From: Pseudomonadota bacterium
GTDB lineage: Bacteria; Bdellovibrionota_B; Oligoflexia; Silvanigrellales; Silvanigrellaceae
Length of the DNA: 64,000 nucleotides
Assembly: GCA_039799905.1 (NCBI GenBank)
Contig: JBDLRP010000019.1
Coordinates: 32,001-96,000 of the forward strand
Reading direction: 5' to 3'
Shown here piece by piece: positions 8,956 to 18,483 of this stretch. Position 1 is the stretch's first letter. Each line of letters begins with the position of its first letter. The position numbers were made by a program, and so were the translations under genes. The notes below the pieces were generated by a model. The model made no database searches. It saw nothing but the letters and a program-made list of their open reading frames with translations, and had not been told where the DNA came from.

Positions 8956-10649
8956 GACTGTCTGTGCAATTTTTAAAAAGCCGTTTTTTCCAAAGAATTT
9001 TCGCTACGACCTGGCGTTTCAGCTTTTTTTTCGCTCTTGTTTGGCCGATGCAGCACAGTGAGGCCGCGAGTACACGTTCCGTTCGCCGCGCCGCGCAGCT
9101 TTTGGGCGCGCGCATGCCCGATGAAAGTGAAATAAGTGCGGCAATTGCCAGCGATGCCGGTTATCGGGCCTTCGTAAGAAAGCTCGTCACGAGTGACGGA
9201 TTTTATGATGCCATGTTGCGCTATCACGAGCGGGTGCTGGGTGTCGGGCTCCCGTCGGAATATCTGAGTGAGTTGGAGCGTGACGATCTCGACGGGAAGT
9301 CGCAGAAGGTTGCTAAACTGAGTTGTCGCCGTGGATCAAACAACCGTCTCACCTGTGGATGGAAGAGTGCCGACCGAAAAACAACGGCTTCTTGTCTTGC
9401 TGCCGCTCAGCATCCGGTGGCTCCCTTCTGGAAGGAGGGATTGGTCTTATGGGTGTGTCCCAGTGTTTCGCATGCCTGCGGAGCGGACCTCAGCAAGTGC
9501 AGCATTGAGTTTCCCGGCGACGGAAATGAGGCACGAAATTCAGAGCTAGGCAGCAGCGACGTTTTTGACTCGCGGCGCAGCATGCTCAAAAGTCTTAGCC
9601 GGCAGGCTGCTGGTCTTGCGACCGCCGTCGCAGTTGAAAACTACCCCTATACCAAGATTCTTGCTCCCGGAATTACAGCTGTGGATGGCGTCTTGTCGAT
9701 GCTTTTCCGGCAGACATTTCAGTTTGACATCTCAAAATTGCACGCCAACGATTCACTGCTGCGGCAAATTAAATCCATTCCTGCGTCACAGAGAAGATTC
9801 CAATTGGTTTATACCGGCGATGCCTATGAAACCGCTGGAATTCTTTCAACCTTCGGCTGGCTGCGCCGGTACGAAAAGAACCGTACGCGTGCAAATCAGC
9901 TTTACGAAAGGTTGATGTGCCGAAAGTTCACATCGCAACTGCCGCGGGTTTTTCCGCAGGACCCTGGCAACCTGCGCACAACTGAAGGTTGCAGCGGTTG
10001 CCACGCGACACTCGATCCGCTTGCAGACTTTTTTTCAGTGTGGGGTGAGGGCGGCGGACTCTACAACGGCCTCGCGGCTTCGCGTGAAGGGAGTTTTATC
10101 GGCCGTTCCGGCAACAGCCTCGCCGATTTGGCGAACATCATTGTTGCAGATGAGGCGTTTGCCGCTTGCACTGTTAATAATGCCTTTGAATATTTGGCCG
10201 GACGCAAATTCCGCGCCTCCGAATCTGAATTAAGGCAACGCCTGACCGATTATTTTATCGACAGCAAATATAGTTTTCGCGAGCTGATGTACGCGATCGC
10301 CACTCATCCCGATTTCACTGTCAGTGCACGCGGCGACGCCAACGTTACAGACCCGCTCGAGCAGCCTGCCTTGGGCAAAGTTCCGGAGCCCACGTTGCCC
10401 ACTTGCAACACAACTATCGATTTTAATGCCGACATCGTTCCTCTCATGAGTCAATGCACGTCTTGCCACCGCACGGGAGCTCCCCGTCAGGCGCTCGAGA
10501 CCCCGGAACAATGGAAACAATGGGGCAATCAAGCTGTGTCGATGATGTCGGTCGGACAAATGCCGCCGGGTCTGCAAGGAGCTCCTACAGCGGGACCAGT
10601 GTATCAACTCAAAGAAGCCGTGCGCTGCTGGCTAGCACAAAACCCGTGA
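8952..10649 (+). CDS. Exported di-heme (2x CxxCH) protein, DUF1585/1588-like
   Basis: CSGCHATLDP and CTSCH...MPP; AGILSTFGWLRRY; FAACTVNNAFEYLAGR...FRELMYAIATHPDF; lies directly upstream of a DUF1501 gene. Confidence 0.7.
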   Translation: MRLSVQFLKSRFFQRIFATTWRFSFFFALVWPMQHSEAASTRSVRRAAQLLGARMPDESEISAAIASDAGYRAFVRKLVTSDGFYDAMLRYHERVLGVGLPSEYLSELERDDLDGKSQKVAKLSCRRGSNNRLTCGWKSADRKTTASCLAAAQHPVAPFWKEGLVLWVCPSVSHACGADLSKCSIEFPGDGNEARNSELGSSDVFDSRRSMLKSLSRQAAGLATAVAVENYPYTKILAPGITAVDGVLSMLFRQTFQFDISKLHANDSLLRQIKSIPASQRRFQLVYTGDAYETAGILSTFGWLRRYEKNRTRANQLYERLMCRKFTSQLPRVFPQDPGNLRTTEGCSGCHATLDPLADFFSVWGEGGGLYNGLAASREGSFIGRSGNSLADLANIIVADEAFAACTVNNAFEYLAGRKFRASESELRQRLTDYFIDSKYSFRELMYAIATHPDFTVSARGDANVTDPLEQPALGKVPEPTLPTCNTTIDFNADIVPLMSQCTSCHRTGAPRQALETPEQWKQWGNQAVSMMSVGQMPPGLQGAPTAGPVYQLKEAVRCWLAQNP

Positions 10650-10662
10650 GGTGACCCTGCAA

Positions 10663-11970
10663 ATGGATCGGCGTTCGTTTTTACAAAGCAGCATCAGTTT
10701 GAGCGCGTCGTTCAGTCTGGGAGCGTTGTTCCCACAATTGCGTGCTTTGGCGCAGGAGTCATCGGAAGAGTTCCAGGTCAAGCGCAATCTTGTCTGGATT
10801 CACATGACAGGCGGCTGGGATATTCTCGAGACAGTCGACCCCAAACAAAACTCCACGTCCAAACTGGATATGACGTACGACTACGGTCAGTCGCATGTTC
10901 TGAGCGGAGCTTCCTCAGACGTTCGTCTTGGACGATGGTGGCCCAATACGGCCCGCCACGGCAGAGATATTGTCTTGGTGCGCGGTTTGGCCATGGGTAC
11001 AACCTCACACGATGCCGGCAGCGTGTATTCCGACACTGGTGTTCTTTCCAACAGTGGAAACGTCAATGCGGCTTCGATCCCGACGATCATCGCTTCACAC
11101 AGTGCGGCGACGATTCCGCTGATCCAGCTCAACGGTGGTGACAATCCCAGGCTCGATCGTGGTTTATTAAAGCCTGTTTCCGTTGTGCGCGCGGGAGATT
11201 TGAATGTTTATCAAAAACTTTTTCCCGACACTCCCGAGGCAGTCGCCGCGAGGGCGAAAATTCTTGAATACTCGAGGCGCTCGCTGATTCGCTACCAGTC
11301 TGCTGTTGGCGGCACGGATCGCGCAGCGGGAGTGGAAGCGGCGCGCAGCAAAATTCAGGGTCAGATTGATGCCGGTGTTGGCAGCAAGCTGAAACTTGAA
11401 AACACGGATGTTGCTCCTTTTCTGACTGCGCTCGGAAGCGAGACTGCGGGTTCCGCTGTGCGCGGTGCTGCCGACAGTTTTGCATTGGCGGTGAAGTTGC
11501 TCAAGAATAATCTTGTGACGTGCATCAACATGGGAGTTGGAGGATTCGACACCCATACCCAGCAGGAGCGCACGCTTATGCCTATCCTGACTGGCTTTGA
11601 CGCGTTGTTTGCTACCTTTATCGACCAGTTGAAAGCCGCCGGAATTTTGCAAAACACCCTGATAGTTTTGTATTCCGACTTCGGACGTACGCCGAAGGTG
11701 AACAATTCCTCTGGTCGCGATCATTGGCCTGTCGGAGGAGCGTTGATTGCCGGTGGCGGAATTGCAGGAGGCCGCGCTGTTGGTATCACGGACGAAAATC
11801 TTCTGGCTCTTGAAGTCGATCCATCCACCGGCTTGAGAAGTGAATCGGGCATCCAGCTGAGTCCCATTCATTTGGGCGGCAGTATTCTGGAATTGACTCT
11901 GGGGGCGTCGTACCTTTCCAAACGCACATATCTTGAATCCATCCCTGCACTGACAAGGCTGAATAGTTAG
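10663..11970 (+). CDS. DUF1501 domain Tat-exported protein
   Basis: MDRRSFLQ twin-arginine motif; GGWD...DPK, GGFDTH, SDFGRTP, GRDHW, GGGIAGG. Confidence 0.9.
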   Translation: MDRRSFLQSSISLSASFSLGALFPQLRALAQESSEEFQVKRNLVWIHMTGGWDILETVDPKQNSTSKLDMTYDYGQSHVLSGASSDVRLGRWWPNTARHGRDIVLVRGLAMGTTSHDAGSVYSDTGVLSNSGNVNAASIPTIIASHSAATIPLIQLNGGDNPRLDRGLLKPVSVVRAGDLNVYQKLFPDTPEAVAARAKILEYSRRSLIRYQSAVGGTDRAAGVEAARSKIQGQIDAGVGSKLKLENTDVAPFLTALGSETAGSAVRGAADSFALAVKLLKNNLVTCINMGVGGFDTHTQQERTLMPILTGFDALFATFIDQLKAAGILQNTLIVLYSDFGRTPKVNNSSGRDHWPVGGALIAGGGIAGGRAVGITDENLLALEVDPSTGLRSESGIQLSPIHLGGSILELTLGASYLSKRTYLESIPALTRLNS

Positions 11971-11985
11971 CAAAGGAAGAGAATT

Positions 11986-13068
11986 ATGTGGTTTCCGGTT
12001 GATTTGCCCATGCCGAGCGAATTCTTCACCGCACGCACGCAGACTCAGCAGAGCACGACTCCCCGCACTCAGGGCATGCTGCTGCCTTTGGCGTGGCGTA
12101 CTCTCGAGAGCAAGTCGACACTGACGACAACACAAAATGGAACATCTACGCTGCAGACGACGTATGCCAAATTAATTTCACGAAACACTGGTATTGCAGT
12201 TTCGCCTGCCTCCGGATTGTGGTTTTCAGCTCTGTTCAATGAGGATGCCGTGCAGGTGCGCAGTGTGCCTGACAGCGGACGATATTCGATCATGGGTGCG
12301 AGCGAGGAATTTCTCAATCGCGAGTTGCTGGCACGCGTTGCCTTCGACATCAATTCATCGGCAGCAGTCGGATTGGCTCTTCGCGGACAGCGCATCAAGG
12401 GCGACGTGGTCGGGAGCTTCAGTGCTCTGACAACCGATCGCACCATTTACTCTGGTCAGAGAATGGGTATCGCCGCCGCTACAATAGTATCGCTCCAATC
12501 TGTCAAAATCGCGCTGCGTTATGAATCACCGGTGACGGGAAAAGTTTCAATTGGCGGTGAAAGCAAGGTTTCGGCGTCACAGGGGTTGCTCGGAGCTGCA
12601 GTGAATTTTTCACAGAGTGATAGTCTGCATTTGCGCGGTGAGTACATCACATATGAATTCGCAAAAAATGAACTTGCAACGTCCGTGCGGAGCAACGACA
12701 AAACACAGGCGACTACAATCAGTCCGCTCGGACTTGCGGTGGATGCGCGGCTGCTGCCTCTGTCTGTGATGGGAATAGGCCTTCAAAATAAATTCGGCGG
12801 AAACCTTCGTTTCGACGCCGATCTAGTTTTGGGAAAAGTCCACTTTGTCAGCAGCCCTGATTTGGTGCCGGCAAAGACAATTCCTGATGATCAGGTGTTG
12901 CCGATGTATGCCGGTCGTTTTGGCGTCAGTATCGATAAATCCGACTGGGAGTCACAAATATTTGTTGATTACTCCTCGTTTCGTTCGACCCGCAGCGAAG
13001 GCCAGACAAAGCTTTTGAACGCCTCGACTCAATGGGGGGTAGGATTGCGGAGTGGAGTTGAGCTTTAA
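11986..13068 (+). CDS. Probable outer-membrane beta-barrel protein
   Basis: Beta-rich amphipathic strands, C-terminal WGVGLRSGVEL; no clear signal peptide. Confidence 0.5.
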   Translation: MWFPVDLPMPSEFFTARTQTQQSTTPRTQGMLLPLAWRTLESKSTLTTTQNGTSTLQTTYAKLISRNTGIAVSPASGLWFSALFNEDAVQVRSVPDSGRYSIMGASEEFLNRELLARVAFDINSSAAVGLALRGQRIKGDVVGSFSALTTDRTIYSGQRMGIAAATIVSLQSVKIALRYESPVTGKVSIGGESKVSASQGLLGAAVNFSQSDSLHLRGEYITYEFAKNELATSVRSNDKTQATTISPLGLAVDARLLPLSVMGIGLQNKFGGNLRFDADLVLGKVHFVSSPDLVPAKTIPDDQVLPMYAGRFGVSIDKSDWESQIFVDYSSFRSTRSEGQTKLLNASTQWGVGLRSGVEL

Positions 13069-13153
13069 CGGGCTGTTACGAAAAATTTCGAATTTCACTT
13101 TAGAAAAAGTCACGGCTGCCGATCCCGACCTTTAGTCGGTGTGGAGGCTGAAT

Positions 13154-14491
13154 ATGACCTTCAAGTTGAAACCCAGATCGCGCGTTCGACCGGTTTTCTC
13201 GCTCTCTGTTCTTGCCCTGGCTGCCTGCGGAGAAACTAAATCGTCTTTCACAAACATAGAAGCAGTCCCTCAGCGCAAACAAAAGGTCTCCACGGAGTCG
13301 GAGGACGTCAACAAGAGTTCACAGACAACAAAAGCATCTGGCGAAAGTGCAGCAACTTTCAATGCGGTTCCGGGATTCGAGAGTTTCTCGACCGCTGGTG
13401 CAACGCCTCCACCCAACGATTTTGTTTTTGTAGTCGACAATTCGCGTTCCATGCGTCCACTGATCGAAAAATTTGTGAATGGTTTCGAAAGATTGAGCGC
13501 CGACGATTATCCGAAGGACGCAAGGTTGTCGGTGATGAGCACAATGATTGCGATGCCGGATGATTTTAGCAAGCCGATGGAGGCCTCCTCGATTACTTCT
13601 GGCATCTGTGCTGAGGTGGGTAAAAGTCAACAGACTGTGGGCCAGCAGGTGACTCATGAAATCAAAGTGCTTTCAAGCGAGCCGGGGTTCCTGAAGTTCA
13701 TCAAGGCTTCGGAAACAAACGCATTCGCGCAGAGCATCAATGCCTACAAATTGTTCGAAGGCAACAGCAACAGGCACGGTTGCACTTTCAGCCATTCCGA
13801 AATCCGCGCAAATTATTTTACCAGCCCCTTGTGCGCAAGTGAATGGTTTTCGCCATCAGATAAAAACTCTGCAGGCCAGTCGTGCTTGAAGTCTGCAATG
13901 CTCAATATTTCTGGCTTGTCGTTTGTTGAAGCGGGCATGACGGCCATTTCCCAAATGATGGAAAAGAATCGCAGCAATGCACTGTTCCGTGAAGGCGCGT
14001 CAGTTCACTTTGTCGTTATATCGGATACTCACGATCCAGGATTCGAAGATGAAAGTGGCTTAATTGCAATGCCAGTGCCTCCGTCTTTTCGGAAAATCGA
14101 TGCTGCTGTGCGCGGAAATTCGAAAGTTTCATCAGTGAAGCTGCACGGTGTTGTGCCGTTTGCAAAATGTCCAAGTGCCGGCACTGGTGGCGAAGAAACC
14201 TATGGCTTTTCGTATCTGAAAGAAATCAAGGCATCGGCAGGAATACAGAAAGATTCCTGCGTGGCCAATGCCGACTACAAGCAGATCGTCAATCAGATTT
14301 TCAGCGAGGCGAAGAAACTCGCTCCTTTCAGGCTTAAGGCCCGCTCTGTGAAAGATGTTGAAGTCAAAGTGAATGGTACGAAGTGGTCGGACTTCAAAGT
14401 CGTCAATAACAATTCGGTTGAGATTGAGAAATTGGATCCGTCAGAATCTTATAAAATCGACGTCAGTTACGTTGTCACCGAGCCTGAATGA
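13154..14491 (+). CDS. vWA-domain lipoprotein
   Basis: GGAGG RBS; LALAAC lipobox; MIDAS motif DFVFVVDNSRSM and VVISD; paired cysteines. Confidence 0.8.
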   Translation: MTFKLKPRSRVRPVFSLSVLALAACGETKSSFTNIEAVPQRKQKVSTESEDVNKSSQTTKASGESAATFNAVPGFESFSTAGATPPPNDFVFVVDNSRSMRPLIEKFVNGFERLSADDYPKDARLSVMSTMIAMPDDFSKPMEASSITSGICAEVGKSQQTVGQQVTHEIKVLSSEPGFLKFIKASETNAFAQSINAYKLFEGNSNRHGCTFSHSEIRANYFTSPLCASEWFSPSDKNSAGQSCLKSAMLNISGLSFVEAGMTAISQMMEKNRSNALFREGASVHFVVISDTHDPGFEDESGLIAMPVPPSFRKIDAAVRGNSKVSSVKLHGVVPFAKCPSAGTGGEETYGFSYLKEIKASAGIQKDSCVANADYKQIVNQIFSEAKKLAPFRLKARSVKDVEVKVNGTKWSDFKVVNNNSVEIEKLDPSESYKIDVSYVVTEPE

Positions 14492-16337
14492 CAGACTCCG
14501 AGTGCGATACCGAAGACGCGTCGCCGGATTTGCCGGCAGATGCCGATTCGTATTGACGAAGTATCATCTGCCTTGGCCCGAAAGCGTGCACCCGTCCGCT
14601 TTCCATCCACAGAATAAAATCACAATTTTCGAGCGTCGAAAGACGGTGGGCCACGATAATCCGGGTTCTGTCTTTCAACAGTTCCGTCATCGCCCATTCC
14701 AGCTGTTTTTCGGATCCCGGATCAATTGCACTGGTCGCTTCGTCCATGACGATAACAGGGGTGTTTTGCAGGACGGCTCTGGCAAGACAAATAAGCTGCC
14801 GCTGTCCGGCAGAAAAGTTGGCTCCCCGCTCGAACACGACTTGCGAAAGTCCGCCTTCGCGTTGCAGCAGCGACGAAAGTCCGAGTCGGTTGCACAACGC
14901 AATGAGTTCGTCGTCGAGGTCGTCTCGCAGTGTGAGATTTTCCCGCAGCGTGCCGCGAAACAGAGTCGGCTCCTGTGGGATATAAGCGAGAGTCGCGCGC
15001 AGCGAGCTGACGTCGGTTAGTTTGTCGGTGACCGACAATCCGCAGATGTGAATTGAACCTGAATCCACCGGATAAAGCGAAAAGAGTGCCTGAACGAGGG
15101 AGCTTTTTCCGCTCCCCGTGCGCCCAACAATTCCAAGACTGCGGCCTGCCGGAAGCAGGAAACTGACGTCATTCAGCACGAGCGGTTTTCCGCTGAAATA
15201 GCGCATCGACAAATTGCGTACTTCGATGCCCTGAGAAGGATCAGCCTGTTGCGTAAGTCCGCTCGGTTCAACGTCTCTGCGCTTGTAGTCGTCAAGACGT
15301 TCGGCACCGGTCAGTGCCTCCTCGAACTGGACGACGTATTCAAAGTATTGTTGCAGTGTCGTCGACAGCAGCCAGACCTGAGTCAGGATCACCACCAGTT
15401 GTCCGACGCTGATGCTGTTACTCTGTTGCAATAAAACGCCCGTGCCACCAACAACAATCAAGCAAAGTGCGGTTGCAAGGCTCATTTGAAAAGAAAACGA
15501 GGCGCTTGTTCTTTGTTGATTCAGGCGCTCTTCCTGCAGTTGGCCCGAAAGATGATTGAAGCGGCGCGTGAAGAGCGTTTGCCTGCCGTAGACCTTTACG
15601 GTGCGGGCGCCTTGGGTTGTTTCCGCAAAGTGTGCGATCGCGGGCCCGCGTGCCGCAGACACCCGTCTGCGGGCGCTGCGGATAGTCATGCGGTTGCGGA
15701 AATAGACGAAGGCATAAGTAATACCCACAAACACGGCGGCGGGTATTCCCCAGACACCTGTGAGGGCGATGAAAATCAAACTCAATGCCGCATCGAAGCT
15801 CAAGCTGATGAATTCACCCATCGGGCCGCCCGTCATCCGCAGGACACTCTCAAAATCGCTTGAAAATCGCGTGAGTGCCCGACCGACAGGGGTTCTGTCG
15901 AAGAAGCTCATAGGAAATTTGGACACCCGGCGCGCGACAGTATCGTGCAGGTGTCCGGCAGCCCTAGTTCCGAGCCTCGCGATGGCAACACGAAATATGA
16001 GGTTCAAAATCAGTGCGACAACCACCATTGAAATAAGAACACCGGCATAGTCTCTGGACTTCCAGCTGGCGGCAAAAGAGGGGAGTTCTCCGCAAGAGCC
16101 TCCAGAACACTGAGAGTCTATCCACAGTCCGACGAGGCTCGCCGAACCAACAAGGCAAGTGCGGGCAATGAGTCCGATGAGCAAGGTCAGAACCATCGGC
16201 ATCAACCAAGGGGCGTAAGCCTCGCGCAAACTCTCCCACACCTGTGATTTGTAACGGCCCTGAAATTCAACTTCTGATTCGAGAAATCGTCCCGTAGGAG
16301 GCTGCGAAAGATTTTTGGTGTCGGTCTGTGAGGGCAT
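14475..16337 (-). CDS. ABC exporter half (TMD+NBD), ABCC/MRP NBD2-like
   Basis: PMSFFDRTPVGRALTRFSSD, GIVGRTGSGKSS, IPQEPTLFRGTLRENL, NFSAGQRQLICLARA, VMDEATSAID, IVAHRL. Confidence 0.9.
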   Translation of the reverse strand: MPSQTDTKNLSQPPTGRFLESEVEFQGRYKSQVWESLREAYAPWLMPMVLTLLIGLIARTCLVGSASLVGLWIDSQCSGGSCGELPSFAASWKSRDYAGVLISMVVVALILNLIFRVAIARLGTRAAGHLHDTVARRVSKFPMSFFDRTPVGRALTRFSSDFESVLRMTGGPMGEFISLSFDAALSLIFIALTGVWGIPAAVFVGITYAFVYFRNRMTIRSARRRVSAARGPAIAHFAETTQGARTVKVYGRQTLFTRRFNHLSGQLQEERLNQQRTSASFSFQMSLATALCLIVVGGTGVLLQQSNSISVGQLVVILTQVWLLSTTLQQYFEYVVQFEEALTGAERLDDYKRRDVEPSGLTQQADPSQGIEVRNLSMRYFSGKPLVLNDVSFLLPAGRSLGIVGRTGSGKSSLVQALFSLYPVDSGSIHICGLSVTDKLTDVSSLRATLAYIPQEPTLFRGTLRENLTLRDDLDDELIALCNRLGLSSLLQREGGLSQVVFERGANFSAGQRQLICLARAVLQNTPVIVMDEATSAIDPGSEKQLEWAMTELLKDRTRIIVAHRLSTLENCDFILWMESGRVHAFGPRQMILRQYESASAGKSGDASSVSHSESVIQAR

Positions 16338-16564
16338 TTTCTCATCCCAATATTCGATCTTCGGACGATACAGCAAAGCGGTTCAAAGTCCACGGAGCTG
16401 CCTGCGTTGATAAATCAGGCTGCAATATTACTTTCATTTCGTGCGTTCAAAACCCCGAATTTATTGATTTTTGTGGAAACTTTAAAAATCTGAGCGCGAA
16501 AGGTCGATAGCCTTTAATGACCTCGAATCGGTCATCAAAACGCACACTTTTGCGGGGAATTTGG

Positions 16565-18442
16565 ATGTTTTATTTTCGCGCTCTTTTGGGCCTTCTGCCG
16601 ATGTTTGCCTTGTCAACCGCCTGTTCGAAGGATCCGGGCAAGGACGAGACATTCTTCCTGCGGAATCCACCGCTGGATTCCGTGGGCGTAGTCCCACCGG
16701 CGAATCCCGACGACAAATTGCGCGAAAGTGCACTCAAAATTCTCGATGAGTCATGTTCTTCATGCCACTCGGATGTTCAACGATCAGGGAATTTCGGACT
16801 CATCAAGAACGTAACAGCCATGATCGACAGCAACTACTTCATTGTTGCCGGCAAGGCGGATGATTCTGCCATCATCAAGAGAGTCGTGGATAAGTCGATG
16901 CCACCTTCGGCACCGTTGGCACAGGAGAAAATCGACATTCTCAAGCAATGGATCGCGAAAATTCCAGCCCCTAAAAAGAAGGTTCTGTCGTCTGAAGATG
17001 TTGTTTCGTTGGTACGCGGGGATCTCGACAAGGTTAATTCCCGTGCCGAACGGCTCGGAATGCGTTACTTCAGCCTGCATGCCCGCAGCGGCATCGACGT
17101 TGACAGCGCAGCATTGGAAACGATGCGAAAGGGATTCGCGAAGGTCATCAACTCACTCTCAACAGCACCGCGGGTGATCAAACCCAGAGCGGTCGATGCG
17201 GATAAGATCGTCTACGCGGTTTCGCTGACAGACTTTGGCATTGATCCGACAAAATTTGATGCTGTTGTAAAGAAATACAATCCGTTTTGTCAGGTGCCCT
17301 TGGATCCACAGTCCAATCAGCCGTTCGAAGCCAATCACCGTTTCATAAAGGGTGAATTGAATACCGATTGCTACGTGATCCGCATGGACTGGTTTGTGGC
17401 GACGGCGACACTGCCAAAACCCTATCAGGACTTTATGAATCATCCGTCCAACCGCGAGCAACTCGACCAGCGCTTGGGAATCAATCTTCTCGACAACATC
17501 AGAAACAAACGTGTTTACCGATCGGGATTCAAAAACTCAGGCGTTTCATCGCAAAATCGCATTATTGAACGACACACCCAGGGCAACGGTCAGGCGTATT
17601 GGATTAGCTACGATTTTGCTAACAACGAGGGCGATGAAAATTTCTTCGAAAAGCCATTGGGTCCGGTGGGAATCGGCGATGACAATATTGCTTTCAAACA
17701 TGATGGCGGCGAGGTCATTTATCAGTTGCCCAATGGACTTTTCGGTTATTATCTGGCCGATGCGGCCGGAACGAGCATCGACAAAGGTCCGACGCAAATC
17801 GTTCAGCAAAACGGCGCGCCAGAACAGTTTGTTTCCTCAATCGTCAACGGCCAGTCATGCATGAGCTGTCACGGCGGTGGACTCATCAATCGCGACGACC
17901 AGGTAAGAAAGTTTGCAAACGCCGAAGTGGGACGTTTTTCGGCTGAGGAACTTGAAAAGATTAATGACCTGTTTGTTGACAAGGGTGTAATGAAGTCTGC
18001 AATCGACAAAGATAATCAGCCGTATTTTGCCGCACTGCGCGAAATTGGCATCGACCCGAGTGCCGCTGACCCTGTGAATGAATCGTACCGCCTGTACAAT
18101 CGGCGTCTGACCCGTGATGCGGTTCTTGCCGAGTTGTCTTTGAAAAATGAAGTGCTGACGCAGATTTTGCAACTGCCGCCGCTCTCCTCACTTTGGTTTT
18201 CGCTGGGCGAGGCAGCGGGATTCGTGCGCCGCGACGACTTTCAGCGCGGAGTCAACGATCTGCGTGCTTTGCCGGGTGCCTTTAGGTTACTCAACCTCAG
18301 CCGTTCTGAATTTTTGCCACCCGAACTCGGCGACTACGTCGTAACGAATTCATGCATGGCAAAAAATCCTGTTCGCATGGACGAATGTTTTCTGCGTCCT
18401 AGCGGGATCAGCAAAATCATAGGTGGAATTGTCGGGAAATAA
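16565..18442 (+). CDS. Di-heme c-type cytochrome lipoprotein
   Basis: LSTAC lipobox; CSSCH...MPP...LKQWI (planctomycete-type cytochrome c module); second CMSCH site; SGVSSQNRIIERH and HDGGEVIYQLPNG core. Confidence 0.75.
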   Translation: MFYFRALLGLLPMFALSTACSKDPGKDETFFLRNPPLDSVGVVPPANPDDKLRESALKILDESCSSCHSDVQRSGNFGLIKNVTAMIDSNYFIVAGKADDSAIIKRVVDKSMPPSAPLAQEKIDILKQWIAKIPAPKKKVLSSEDVVSLVRGDLDKVNSRAERLGMRYFSLHARSGIDVDSAALETMRKGFAKVINSLSTAPRVIKPRAVDADKIVYAVSLTDFGIDPTKFDAVVKKYNPFCQVPLDPQSNQPFEANHRFIKGELNTDCYVIRMDWFVATATLPKPYQDFMNHPSNREQLDQRLGINLLDNIRNKRVYRSGFKNSGVSSQNRIIERHTQGNGQAYWISYDFANNEGDENFFEKPLGPVGIGDDNIAFKHDGGEVIYQLPNGLFGYYLADAAGTSIDKGPTQIVQQNGAPEQFVSSIVNGQSCMSCHGGGLINRDDQVRKFANAEVGRFSAEELEKINDLFVDKGVMKSAIDKDNQPYFAALREIGIDPSAADPVNESYRLYNRRLTRDAVLAELSLKNEVLTQILQLPPLSSLWFSLGEAAGFVRRDDFQRGVNDLRALPGAFRLLNLSRSEFLPPELGDYVVTNSCMAKNPVRMDECFLRPSGISKIIGGIVGK

Positions 18443-18483
18443 ATCCGCAAGTACTTTGAAACCTAATCGCGGCAGTGTTTGTC

